Of a stretch of 64,000 nucleotides of DNA, positions 1-13,320 are shown in pieces. Under the pieces are notes generated by a model, which searched no databases, was not told the origin of the DNA, and saw nothing but the letters and a program-made list of their open reading frames with translations. The translations under genes were made by a program, and so were the position numbers. The DNA comes from Lama guanicoe (Eukaryota): positions 1 to 64,000 of the forward strand of contig MU053881.1 in NCBI GenBank assembly GCA_013239625.1. The letters are read 5' to 3'. How positions within the stretch are numbered: position 1 is the first letter of the stretch; each line of letters begins with the position of its first letter.

Positions 1-2024
1 TTAAAAAAAGAGGAAGGCTTGGGCCTCCCAGCCTGCACAGCCCAGCCCCCGAGATCTGGTTACCCACCTCTCCTCCCGGGAAGATGTCTCTGGCCTTCCA
101 TGGCCCCCCAATCCCCCAACTCCGGCCCGACACCAGGTGGACTGGACTGTGCGAAGCCATGGCCCCTCTGTATCTGCAGGACCTCATGGGGGCGGGGGAG
201 GAGTGCATGTCTGCAGGTGTCTATGACAGGCTGGAGTGAGTGTGAGCATGAGAGAAGCAGGTGGGGTACAGCCCATGTGAGGGTGCACGGAACTGCCTTC
301 CCTGTTTTCCTCAAAACCCACAATGAGAGGGGAGGCCCTGGGGGAGAGAATTCCTTATGTTTTCTTGGGAGTGAAAAATCCCTCCTTTTCCTTGTGGCCC
401 CAAATGGGGAAGCCCACCTTCCCCCTTTCCAATGGGCAGGGCAGAAGTGAGGGGTGATTGCGTATTTGGGGGCTGATGTTGGGGCCTGTAGCTTGCTGGG
501 GAAGGGATGGGGGCAAAAGTTTGTGGCTCCAGACAAATTCTCTTCCCCCATCTCTGTGTCCTGGGCTGCAGAGTAGGGGACCAGAGGACCCTGTGTCCCT
601 TACACTGTGTTCTCTGCCCCTAGGCCTCCCCCTCATTTACCTGAAGCCTTGCTGAAGCAGAGGGAGAGGGTCCCAGGGCTACAAAACTGGAAGCCAGGAT
701 GGGGAAAGATGGTGCTATCTTCAAGTCCCTCTTCTCGCTCGTTGGTGGGTGTGATGACCTTGCCTGGCTTTAGTCATCTCTGGGCTTGCTTGTCACCTCC
801 TGGGTGTCCCCCTCCCATCTTCACCCTGGGTCCACTCGGGCCCCACAGTTGACATCTTTGCATCCTTGTGTTCTGCAGGAGAGGAAGGGGCCCGTGGGCA
901 TATTAAATAATCAAGTCTTCACTGCTTGTGAGTTGACTTGGGAATATTTACCCCAAATCAGAGGGTTAAACCCCCTGCCTGACCAATCCTTTTTCCTCCT
1001 TGGCTGCAGCCGAGGTGAGGGCAGGTGGAGTGTCTTATATTGAGCAATTAGGGGGATGAGGGAGGCAAAGAGGGAACAATTTGGGGAGCCTTAGGGCAGA
1101 GACTGGTCCATTCTGTTTCCTCTTGACTTCAAAGCACAATGTGGATTCTGGGACCAAAGGTCAGAGACACATCCTGTTGGAGAACCTGCGGTTGGGAGGG
1201 TGGTGAGCGGGCCAGAGGCAGCGCCCAGAGGAGCAAGCAGGCAGCCTGTTTTCACTCAGCTTAATTTTCCTTCCAAAACAAGGCAAAACAGCCACTGGAA
1301 TCTTGCTGCCAGCCCTCTGCTCCTCCCACCCTAAAAATAGGGGACCTTTTCTTACACACCCCCAGAGAGAGGAGGGACTGTCACACTGGTGCTGAGGGAC
1401 CCAGGAGCTGCTGGGAGTCCTTATTCCTTTCCAGAACCATCCATCCCTAGAAGAGCACAGAATCTCAAGGACTGAGCCAAGTCTCAGTCTTTTCTTGCAG
1501 TTCACAGAGGGTTTTTAGCCAGTCTAATCCCAGGAAAGAAGATGCATCAAAGCTAGAATGTGAATATAACTTTAGTGGACCAATAATAAAGTACAAGGAG
1601 CCCAATGGTGAGAAAAGTGAATTCTCTCAATATTGCTTCTGGTTTTCTTCCTCATGTCCCTCCAGGGAAAACTACTTATTGCTTAATTTCTGCCTTTTCC
1701 CCCTCACATATACACTTTTGGGCCTTTTTTTTTTTAATAGCTGGAAAAAAATACCACCCCACAAACCTGTATTTAAACAGAAATGACCATGTGAAATTTG
1801 CCTCTGTCCGAACATTTCATCCGTGTGTGTGAAGCCGTCCGTTCATGTTTTTCTATGGGGTGGTCGTCTTTTCTTGGTCTGTTCTGGTCCCCTCCCTCGT
1901 GGGCTTTGCTTGGGATCAAATCTTTCTGGCCTGTTATGATTTTGAACATTTGACTTGGACCACAAGTGAATCTTTCTCCTGGTGACTCAAATAAAAGTAT
2001 AATTTAAAAAAAAAAAAAGAAAAA
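1..2024 (+). pseudogene. 3' end (3'UTR-like segment plus poly(A)) of a probable processed pseudogene/retrocopy; parent gene not identified
   Basis: No recognisable TE or credible ORF in this stretch. AATAAA at 1990-1995 is followed 10 nt later by a genomic A-tract (2006-2024, A13-G-A5). The 5' end and left TSD would lie outside the window. Confidence 0.5.
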
Positions 2025-2439
2025 TCATCCTTAGAAAAGGATGTTCAGTGAACTAATAAAAATCACAAATGCAGCTTGTTTTCTTCCCCAGGAAATGTTA
2101 CATCCAGGAGGACTTCTCTCACGACTCCCTCATGGTCAATACCAGGGTATAAGAAGTTACATAACCATAGGGCAGTCTTCAAAAACACAGCAACAATACA
2201 TATAAGTTACTCATTTCTGAAAAAAAAAAAAGAAATCTTTAATTTTAGCGGCTCTTCTTAGTCATTTTAATTAGCCTAAGGTTGGACAACCCCAGATTTG
2301 CTCTCTTAACTGTTTTTTCAAAAAGTCCTGATAGGTCTTCCAATGATATGTCTTGCATCATCACCCCTGCCAATAAACAGCAATACTAAGCTTTAAAAAA
2401 ATTATCAAAAGAAAACAGATTTACTTTAAATGAATGTAA

Positions 2440-2720
2440 GTCCTACAAGTCCAGAGACATTTGCCTGTTTGTTCCCTGCACTGTTCCCAGCATCTAGACC
2501 TGTGCTGTCCAATACTGTAGCCACCAGTCACCATTCAACTATTTAAATATATATCTAAGTTAAATAAAAACTTCAGCCCTCAGTTGCACTAACCACATTT
2601 CAAGCACTTAATAGCCACATGTGGTTAGCAGCTACTGTACTGAACAGCTCAGATAGAGAACAAGCATAAAGTTCTATTGTACAGAGCAGAGAAATTCACT
2701 AATGTCAAATGAATGAACAT
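2440..2720. mobile_element. L2 3'-end fragment interrupted by a MER3/MER33-type hAT-Charlie MITE (~2500-2690)
   Basis: ctgtgctgtccaatactgtagccac...aatagccacatgtggttagcagctactgtactgaacagc is the palindromic MER3/MER33 pattern. The flanks resemble the L2 tail (tttgttccctgcactgttcccagcatctag...aatgaatgaa). Confidence 0.6.
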
Positions 2721-3112
2721 CCTCCAATGCTGACATTTTGATTTCATATTATCTTACACACCTGAAATAGCTGGCCTTTCAAAAAAAACCCTCCTAACTA
2801 GTCTTCCTTTAAACATTCACTAAAATAGTGGTATCTTTACAAGATAGAAAACGGGACGTATGCGGAAGAATGACAGATTCTTTCACATTCCTGAATTATT
2901 CGCCTTCCATTCGAACTCCAGCTCCCGACCAAAACCCCAGCGCATTACAGTTCTTTCCCGTTACCTGCTCCGCAGTTCCAAGGACCCTACTTCCCTAGGA
3001 CCCCTGCGGACTTGAGGTTTTTCACCATCCCGTTTTACCGTCAGTCCCAACTCTGGTTCTTGACCAGCCTCTCTGCATCTGACAGGACTTAGAGAAGGCT
3101 CTGCGTTCGCCA

Positions 3113-6100
3113 GAGGCCTGTTTCCCAAACACAGAAGATCTGTGTTCCGAACAAATTATGTGAAGGATGACTTCTACACACATTCGGATCCCAGAACGGA
3201 ACATGTGGAGAAGAGTTCATCGAGCTATGCTAAAGTGCAAGGTTATATCTAGAAACACTGACCCTGATTTGTCAGCATGTTTCAGAGAGCCAGTTTCAAG
3301 TTAAAGGCAGTTTGTGCTCCAAAACCGAGATTCAGCGAGTGCCTCCCTGAAGGGAGGGAGACAAGCTTACCAATGTACACTCCCGGAAGTGCCTCACCTA
3401 ATGTATGTAGGAAGGCATTTCTTTAAAACCCAGAAGTACTCTGTTCCCAACAATGTAGGTGAAGGACACTTGCCACAATAATTCCTTCCCAGAATTTAAC
3501 ATGTGGAGAAGAGTTAATTCAGCTAGGCTAAAAGGCATGGGTAAATCTAGAAACACTGACCCTGATTTTTAAGAATGTGCCATAGATTTGGTTTCAATTT
3601 TAAGGCAGTTTACGCTGCAAAACCGAGTTTCAGCGGGTGCCTCCCCTTATATATATACGTAGGCCTGTATCACAACACAGAAAGTGTGTATTCCCAGCAA
3701 TATAGGTGAAAACGCCTTCCTCACACATTCAGATATGAGAATGGAAAATATGGAGATTCGTTCATTCAGCACAGCTAAATTGCAACTGTAAATATAGAAA
3801 CACAGACCCTGATTTCACAGCATGTTTCCGAGAGACAGTTTTAAGCTAAAGGCAGATTGCAGTGTAAAACCAAGTTTGAGCGAGTGCTTTTCTTAACTTA
3901 CATAGATTGAGCTGTTTCCAAAACCCAGAACTCTGTGTTCCCAACAAGGTAGCTGAACTCCGCCTTCCATACACATTCGGATCCAAGAATGGAACATGTT
4001 GAGAAGCGTTCATTCAGCTGGGCTAAATTTCAAGGGTAAATCTAGAACACGAGCCCTGATTTCTCAGCATGTTTCCTAGAACCAGTTTCAAGGTAAAGAC
4101 ATTTTGCCCTGAAAAACCTAGTGTGAGCAAGGGACTCCCCTTATGTATATAGGTAGGCCTATCTCCCAAACCCAAGACATATGTGTTCCGACCAAGGTAG
4201 GTGAAAAAAGCTTTCCTCACACATTCGGACCCATGAATGGAACACGTGGAAGGGCGTTCATTCAGCTGAGATAAAGTGCAAGGGTAACTCTAGAAACGCT
4301 GACCCTGATTTCTCCGAAAGTGTCCTAGAGCTGGTTTCAAGGTAAAGGCAGTTTGCACTTTAAAACTGTGTTTGAGTGTGTGCCTCGCCTTATGTATGTG
4401 GTCAGGCTTGTATCCCAAACCCTGAATATCTCTGTTGCCAAGAAGTTAGGTGAAGGAGGCCTTCCACACACATTCTGAAAGCAGAATGGGACATGTTGAA
4501 AAGGGTTTGTTCACCCAGGCTCACATGCAAGCATCTATCTAGAAACACTGACCCTGACTTCTCAGCAAGTTTCCTAGAGGTAGCTTGAAGGTAAAGGCAG
4601 ATTAAGCTGTAAAATCGAGTTGGAGCAAATGCCTCCCATTACATACATAGGCAGGCTGCTTTCACAAACACAGAAACTTTGTGTTCCATAAATGTAGGTG
4701 AATGATGCCTTCCTCACACATTTGGATCCCAGAATGGAACATGTGTAGATGCGTTCATTCAGGTAGGCTAAAGTGAAATGGTCAATCTAGAAACACTTAC
4801 CCTGATGTCTCAGCCTGTTACCTAGATCTGGTTTCAATGTAAAGGCAGCTAGCAATTTAAAACTGAGTTAGAGCAAATGTTTCCCTTTATATATATGAGG
4901 AGGCCAGCTTCCCAAACACAGAAACTCTGTGTTTCCAATACGGTAGTTGAAGGATGCCTTTGACTCACTTTCGGATCCCACAACTGAACTTGTGTAGATG
5001 AGGTTCATTCAGCTGGATAAATTGCAAGTGTCAATCTAGAAACACTTACCATGATTTCTCAGCGTGTTTCCTAGAGCCGGTTTCAAGTTAAAGGGTTTTG
5101 AGCTATAAAACCAAATAGGAGAAAATACCCCCGTTTATATATGTATGGAGGCCTGCTTCCCAAAGAAAGAAACTCTGCGTTCCCAACAAGGCAGGTGAAG
5201 GAAGCCTCCCACACGTATTCGGTTCCCAGAATGGAACATGTGGAGAAGCGTTCTTTCAGGTAGGATAAAGTGTAATGATCAGTCTAAAAACACTTACCCT
5301 GATTTCTCAGCCTGTTTCCTAGAGACAGGTTCAAAGTAAAGGCAGTTTCTGGGTAAAATTGAGTGGGATCGAATGCCTCCCATTATATACACAGGAAGGA
5401 CTGCTTCACATAGACAGAAACTCTGTGTTCCCAACAAGGTGGTTGAATCATGCCTTACACACAGATTCAGATCCCAGAATTGGACGTGTGTAGATGCGTT
5501 CATTCCACTAGGCTGACGTGCAGTGGTCAATATAGAAACACTTACCGTGATTTCTCAGCCTGTTTCCTAGAGCCGGTTTCAAGGTAAAGGCAGTTTGCTC
5601 TCTAAAACTATGTTGCAGGGAATTCCTCCCCTGATACATATAGCGAGCCATTCTATTCCTACACAGAAACTCTGTGTTCCAAACTCGGTAGGTGAAGGAG
5701 GCCTTCCACACACATTAGGATCCCAGAATGGAATATTTGTAGAAGAGTTCATTCAGTAAGGCTAAAGAGCAAGGTGAAATCTAGAAACATTTACCCTGCT
5801 TTCTGAGCCTGCTACCTAGAGCTAGTTTTAAGGTAAAGGTGATTTGGGCTGTAAAACTGAGTTAGGAACAGACTTTCTGTGTTTCGGAAGCAGACCTCTC
5901 TATGTGTATAAAGGTAGGCATTGGATCTCAAAACATGTACAGGGAGGCCTGCTCCCAACACAGAAACACTGTTCCCAACAATGTAGTTGAAGAACGCCTT
6001 CCACACACATTTGGATCAAAGAATGGGACATGTGTAGAAGTCTTCATTCAGCTAGTCTAAAGCACAAGGGCAAATCTAAAAACAATTAACCTGAATTCTC

Positions 6101-7052
6101 ACCATGTTTTCAAAAGCTGGTTTCAAAGCAAAGGCAGTTTGAGCTGTAAAACCGAGTTGAAGCGAATGCCATCCTTATATATATAAGGATGCCTGCATCC
6201 CAAACACAGAAACAATGTGTTGCAAACAACATATGTGAAGGATGCCTTCCACATACATTTGGATATCAGAATGGAACATGTGTAAAACCTTTCATTGAGC
6301 CAGGCTAAATTGCAAGTCAAAGTCTAGAAACACTTACCCTTATTTCTCAGCCTTTTTCTTAGAGCCTCTTTCAAAGTAAAGTTAGTTTGCATTTAAAACC
6401 AAGTTGGAGAATACGCCTGCACTTATACAGATATGGAGGCCTGCTTTCCAAACCCTGAAACTCTGTGTTCCCAAAAAGGAATTGAATGTCGTCTTCCACA
6501 CACACTCAGATCCCAGAATGGAACATGGGGAGTGGCATTCATTCAGCTAGTGTAAAGTACAAGGGTAAGTCTAGAAATGCTTACTCTGATTTCTCAGCCA
6601 GTTTCCTACATCCGGGTCCAAGGTAAAGTCAGTTTCCACTGTAAACTCTAGCTGGAGTGAACGCCTCCCCTTATACATATAGGGAGGCCTTCTTCTCAAA
6701 CACAGAAACTCTATGTTTCCAAAAAAGGTGAAGGATGCCTTCCAGTCGGTTCCCAAAATGAAACATGTATAGAAGCGTTCATTCACCTAGGCTAAATTGC
6801 AAGGATAAATCTAGAAACACTTACCCTGATTTCTCAGCCAGTTTCCTAGAGCCGGATTCAAGGCAAAGCAAGTATGCGCTGTAAAACCAAGTTGGAGTTA
6901 AAGCATCCCCTTTTATACATAAGGAGGCCTGCTTCCCAAACACAGAAGATCTGTGTTCCGAACAAATTATGTGAAGGATGACTTCTACACACATTCGGAT
7001 CCCAGATTGGAAAATGTGTCGAAGCTTCCATTCAGCTAGGCTACATTGTAAG
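3113..7052 (+). repeat. Satellite array, ~248 bp monomer, orientation 1 (~16 copies)
   Basis: The anchor tctagaaacac(t)taccctgatttctcag recurs at about 3793, 4041, 4289, 4539, 4787, 5035, 5283, 5531 and 5780. The copies are diverged. Confidence 0.95.
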
Positions 7053-10000
7053 GAACACAGAGTTTCTGTGTTTGGGATGCAGACCTCCCAATTAATATAA
7101 GAGGAGTCATTTGCTCAAACTGGGTTTACTGAGCAAAATGCCTTTAGCTTCAAATCAGCTCTAGGAAACACGCAGAGAAATCTGGGTAAGTGTTTGTAGA
7201 TTTTTCCTTGCAGCTTAGCCTAGCTCAGTGAACACTTCTTAAAACATGTTCCATTCTGACTTCCGAACGTGGAACGCGTCCTTCACTAGCCTTATTTGGA
7301 ACACAGGGTTTCTGGGTTTGGGGACACAGGTATATCAATATATGTAATGGGAGGCACTCGCTGGAAGTTGGATTTACAGAACAAACAGCCTTTACTTTGA
7401 AACTTGCTCTAGGAATCAAGCTGAGAAATCAGGGTCAGTATTTCTAGGTTTATAATGCACTTTAGCCTAGCTGAATGAACCCTTACACACATGTACAATT
7501 CTGGGATCCGAAAACGGGTGAAAGGCGTCCTTCACCTACCTTGTTGGTAACAGAGAGATTCTGTGTTTGGGAAGCAGGCTTCACTATAAATATAAGAGGA
7601 GACATTCGCTCTAACTGGGTTTGACAGCACAAACTGCATTTACCTTGAACCCGGCTCTAGGAAACTGGCTGAGAAATCCAGATAAGTGTTTCTAGATTTA
7701 CCCTTGCAGTTTAGCCTAGCTGAATGAACACTTCAACACATGTTCCATTCTAAGATCCAAATCTACGTGGAAGGGGTCCTTCAACTACCTTGTTGGGACC
7801 ACGGGGTTTCCAGTTTTGGGAGGCTGTCCTTCCTATGAACATAAGGTGAGGCATTTGCTCCAACTCAGTTTTACAGTGCAAACTTCCTATACCTTGAAAC
7901 CAGATCTCGGAAGCAGGCTGAGAGTTCAGGTTAAGTGTTTGTAGATTTATTCATGCACTTCAGCCTTGCCAAATGAACACTTCTCCACATGTTCCATTTT
8001 CAGATACGAATGTGCGTGGAAGTCCTCCTTCACATACCTTGTTGAGAACATAGAGTGCCTGTGTTTTGGAAGCAGGCCTCCCTACATATATAAGGGAAGG
8101 TAATCGCTCCAACTCGGTTTTACAGCGCAGACTGCCATTACCATTAAACAGGCTCTAGGAAACAGGCTGAGAAATGGGGGCAAGTGTTTCTTGAGTTTCC
8201 CTTCCACTTGAGCCAAACTGAATGACTTCTTCTACACATGTTCCATCCTTGAATCTGAATGAATGTGGAAACTGTCCTTCAGCTATGTTATTGGGAACAC
8301 ATAGTTTCTGTGTTTGGGAGATAAGCCTGTCTAAAGATAATGGGAGACTTTTGCCCAAACTTGGTTTTACAAGTAAACTTCATTTACCTTGAAACCGGCT
8401 CTGCGAAACAGGCTTACGAATGCGGGTAAATGTTTCTGAGATTCCCTTCCAATTGAGTCTCGCTGAATAAGTGCTTCTACACGTTTCATTTTGCGATCCG
8501 AAAGTGTGTGGAAGCCTTCCAATATCAACCTTGTTGGGAAAACTGGGTGCCTTTGTTTGGGATATAAGCCTTCCTACAGATGCTAGGAGGCCTTAACTCA
8601 AACACAGTTTTACAAGGGAAACTGCCTTTACCTTGAAACCGGATCTAGGAAACTGTCTGAGAAAAGGGGGTAAGTGTTCCTAGAGATTCTCTCCCACCTG
8701 AGCTTAGCTGAATGACTGCTTAATCACATGTTCCATTGTGCGATCCATATGTGTGTAGATGCTCTCCTTCATCTACCTTGCTGGGAAAGCAGAGTTCCTC
8801 TGTATGGGAGAAAAGCCAATCTTTAGATACTGTGAGCCCTTAGCCTAAACTCAGTTTTATAAGGCAAAGTGCTGTGAGCTTGAAACCGGCTCTAGGAAAT
8901 AGGCTGAGAAATTGGCATAAGTGTTTCTAGAGATTCACTTCCACCTGAGCATTTCTCAGTGACTGCGTCTACACTTGTTCCATTCTGGGATCTGAATGTG
9001 TGAGAAAGCTGTCCTTCTTCTACCTTCTGGGGAACACTGAGTTTTGGTGTTAGGGAGACAAGCCTGCCTCGAGATACTGGGAAGCGCTCTCCCAAACTGG
9101 GTTTTAGAAGTCCCACTGCCTTTGCCTTGAATCCGGCTCTAGAAACAGGCTGCGAAATTGCGATATGTGTTTCTAGAGATTCACTTCCACTTGAGGATAG
9201 CTGAATGGTCGCTTCTACACGTGTTCCTTTTGGGATCCGAATATGTCTGGAAACTGCCCTTCATCTACCTTTTTGTGAACATGGAGTTTCTGTGTTTGGG
9301 AGACAAGCCTACCTAGAGGTTTTGGGAAGACTTCGCCCAAACTAGTTTTTACAATGCACTGCATTTACCTTGAAAGCAGATGAAGGTTAATGGCTGTGAA
9401 ATGGGGGTAATTGTTTCTAAAGATTCCCTTCCACTTGAGCCTAGCTGAATGACCACTTCTACACAAGTTACATTCTCAGATCCGAATGTGTGAGGAAGCT
9501 GCCCTTCATCTACCTTGTGAAAAGAAAGAGTTTCTATGTTTGGGAGACAAGTCTATCTAGAGATACTGGGAGGCCATCGACAAAACTTGGTTTTACAAAG
9601 CAAACAGACTTTTCCATGAAACCGGCTCTAAGAAAGAGGCTGAGAAAAGGAGGTAATTATTTCTAGAGTTTTCCTTCCACTTGAGTCTAGCTGAATGCCG
9701 GTTCTTCACATGTGCTTTTCTGGGATCCAATTGTGTGTGGAAACTGTCCTTAATCTACCTTGTTGGGAATATAGAGTTTCTGTGTTTGGGAGGCAAGCCA
9801 TCCTACAGATTCTTGGAGGCTTTTGCCCAAACTCGGTTTTACAAGGCCAAAGGACTTAAGCTTGTAACCGACTCTAGGAAACTGGCAGAAAAATTAGGGT
9901 AAGTGTTTCTAGAGATCCCATTCCACTTGAGACTAGATGAATGACCACTTCTACACACATTCCATTCTAGGATCTGAATGTGTATGGAAGCTCTCATTCA

Positions 10001-13000
10001 TCTATTTTGTTGGGAACAGACAGCTTCTCTGTTTGGGAGACAAGCCTACATAGAGAAACTGGAAAGCCTTCCACCAAAATCCAATTTACATGCAAATGCC
10101 TTTACCTTGAAATCGGCTCTAGGAAACAGCTGAGAAATTGGCGTAAGTGTTTCTAGAGATTCCCTTCCACTTGAGCCTTGTGGAATGTCCTCTAATACAT
10201 CTGTTCCATTCAGGGAACTGAAAGTGTGTGGAAGCACGCATTCATCTACTTTGCTGGGAAAACAGAGTTTCTGTGTTTGGGAGACAAGACAACCTAGAGA
10301 TATTGGGAGGCCTTAGCCCAAATTCGGTTTAACAAGGCAAACTGCTTTTCCCTTGAAAACGCTTCTAGAAAATGGTATGATAAATGGGTGTGTTTCTAGA
10401 GTTTCCCTTCCACTTAAGGCTAGCGGAATGACTGCTTCTACACATGTTCCAATATGGGATCTGAATGTTTTTGGAAACTCTCCTTCATCCACCTCGTTAG
10501 GAACACAGAGTTTCTGTTTTGGGGAAACAAGACAAATTAGAATTGCTGGGAGGCTTTTGACCAAACTCGGTTTTACGTGACAAGCTGCCTTTACCCTGAA
10601 ACTGGCTCTAGGAAAGTGGTTGAGAAATTAGTGTAAGTTTTTCTAGAGATTCCCATCCACTTGAGCCTGCCTGAATGATTGCTTCTACACATGTTCCCTT
10701 CTGGGATCCGAATGTGTGTGGAAGCTGCTCTTCATCAACCTTGTTTGGAACACAGAGTTCTTATGTTTGGGAAACAGACCAAACTTTAGATATTGGGAGG
10801 CATTCGCCTAAATTCAGTTTTATAAGGCAAAGTGTCCTAAGTTTGAAACTGGCTCTAGGAAACAGCCTGAGAAATAGAGATTATTGTTTCTAGAGATTCC
10901 CTTGACCACATCTACACCTGTTCCTTTCTGGGACCCAAATGTGTGTGGAAGCTTTCCTTTATATACCTTGTAGGGAAAACAGAGTTTCTGTGTTTGGGAG
11001 ACAAGCCTACTTAGAGATACTGAGAGCCTTTCTCCAAAACACGGTTTTACATGTCAAATGGTCTTTAACTGGAAACCGGCTGTAGGAAATGGCTGAGTAA
11101 TGGGGGTACGTGTTTGTAGAGATTACCATCCACTTGAGCCTAGATGAAATATCACTTGTACACATGTTCCATTCTGGAATCTGTAAGTGTGTGGAGGCTG
11201 TCCTTCATTTACCTTTTGGGAACACATGGTTTCTGTGGTTGGGGAAAAAATCCTTCCTAGAGATACTGGGAGGCCTTCACCAAAACTAACGTTTACTAGG
11301 CAAACTTCCTTTCCCTTGGACCCTAGTCTAGGAAGACGACCGGGAAATGAGGGTAAGTGTTTGAAGAGGTTTCATTACACTTGAGACTAGAGGAAATACC
11401 GCTTCTACACATTTTCCAACTGGGATTCGAAAGTATGTAGGAACTGTCCTTAATCTACCTTGTTGCTAAAACATGAGTTTTTGTGTTTGGGAGAGAAGCC
11501 TAACTAGAGGTACTGGAAGGCCTTCCCCCATTAGTCAGGTATACAATGCAAACTACCATTAAATTAAAACGAGTTCTAGGACACAAGCTGAGACTTGTTT
11601 CTAAAGACTCCAGCCCACTTGAGCCTAGCTGAACAACCGCTTCTCTGCTTGTTCCATTATTGGACCAGAATGTGCGTGGAATCTGTCCTCCATCAACCTT
11701 CTTTAAAGTAAAGGGTTTCTTTGTTTGGGAGACAAGCCTATGTAGGTGTACTAAGAGGCCTTGTCCAAACTCATTTATACAAGGCAAAGTGCCTTTATCT
11801 TGAAACCAGGTCTAGGACGCAGGCTTAGAAATGGGGGTAGGGTTTCTAGAGATCCCCTTCCACACAGGCCTTGCTGAATGACCGCTTCTGCACATTTTCC
11901 ATTCTGGCACCCTATTGTGTCTGGACACTCTCCTTCACCTACCTGGCTGGGAACATGGGGTTTCTATGTTTGGGGGTTAAGCCTAACTAGAGATACTTGG
12001 TGGCCTTTGCCAAAACTCGGTTTTACAAGGCAAATCACCTTTCCCTTTGAAACAGGCTCTAGGAAACAGCCTGAGAAATGGGGGTAAGTGTTCCTGGAGA
12101 TTTCATTCCACTTGAAATTGCGAATGACTGCTTCTACACATGTTCCGTTCTGGGATTTGAATGTATGTGGAAGCTGCCCTTTATCTACCTTGCTGGGAAC
12201 ACTTGAGCTTTTGCTTTTGGGAGACAGGCCTAAACAGACACTGGGAGGCTGTCAGCCAAAGTCGGTTTGACAAGGCAAACTGCTTTTACCTTGAGACCAG
12301 CTTCAGGAAGCCGGCTGAGAAATAGGGGTAATTGTTTCTAAAAACTCCCTTCCGCTTGAGCCTGGCTGAATGACCACTTCTACACCTGTTCCGTTCTGGG
12401 ATCCGAATGTGTGTGGAAGCTCTTCTTCATCTACCTTGTTGAGTAAACAGGGTTTCTCTGTTTGGGAGGAAAGCCTGCCTAGAGACCCTGAGAGGCTTTA
12501 TCCCAACCTCAGTTTTACTAGACAAAGTGCCTTTACACTGAAACCTGCTGTGTGAAACTGGCTGAGAAATGGGGCTACATGTTTCTAGAGATAGTTTCCA
12601 CCTGAGCCTAGCCGAGTGACCGGTTCTACAGCTGTTCCTTTCTGGGATCCGATTGTGTCTGGGAGCTGCCCTTCATCTACCTTGTTGGGAACACTGAGTT
12701 TCCGTGTTTGGGAGACAAGCCCACCTACGGATCCTGGGAGGCCTTCATTAAAACTCAGTTTTACAAGAAAAACTGCCTTTAACTTGAAACCATCTCTAGG
12801 AAACCTGCTGAGAAATGGGGGTAAGTGTTTCTAGAGGTTCCCTTCAATTTGAGCCTAGTTAAATGACCGCTTCTACACATGTTCCATTCAGGGATCTGAA
12901 TATGTGTGGAAGCTGTTCTTAATCTAGCCTTTTGGGAACAGAGTCCTTGTGTTTGGGAGACAAGCCTACCCAGAGATACTAGGAGGCCTTCGCCCTAAGT

Positions 13001-13320
13001 CAGGTTTACAAGGCAAACTGCCTTTAACTTGAAACCGCCTCCAGGAATCATGCTGAGATCTGAGTGTTTTTAGAGATTTCCTTCAACTTTAGCCTAGCTG
13101 AATTGGATCTTCTACACACGTTCCATTCTGGGATCAGAATGTGTGTCGAAGATTTTCTTCATCTACATTGTTTGGAACGCAGAGTTTTTGTTTTGGGGAG
13201 ACAAGCCTACCTATATACACATGAAGGCCATCGTCCGAAATTGGTTTTACATGGCAAACTGCCTTTAACTCACAACCGGCTCTAGGAAACATGCTCAGAA
13301 ATGGCAGTGAGTGTTTTTAC
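7053..13320 (-). repeat. Same satellite family in reverse orientation (~25 copies), with a second monomer variant from ~8160
   Basis: The anchor ggctctaggaaacaggctgagaaat recurs at about 7161, 7409, 7657, 7907, 8156, 8401, 8646, 8892 and onward. It is the reverse complement of the left block. Confidence 0.95.

Noticed and set aside
9330..9350. CENP-B box-like cttcgcccaaact(c/a)g in satellite monomers
   Set aside because: The spacing does not fit TTCGnnnnAnnCGGG and the motif is poorly conserved among monomers.
3113..13320. CRISPR-like array or repeated small ORFs (60-95 aa) in the repeat block
   Set aside because: Whole ~248 bp units are homologous, with no unique spacers or cas genes, and the DNA is mammalian. 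The ORFs are chance open frames on both strands of the satellite.
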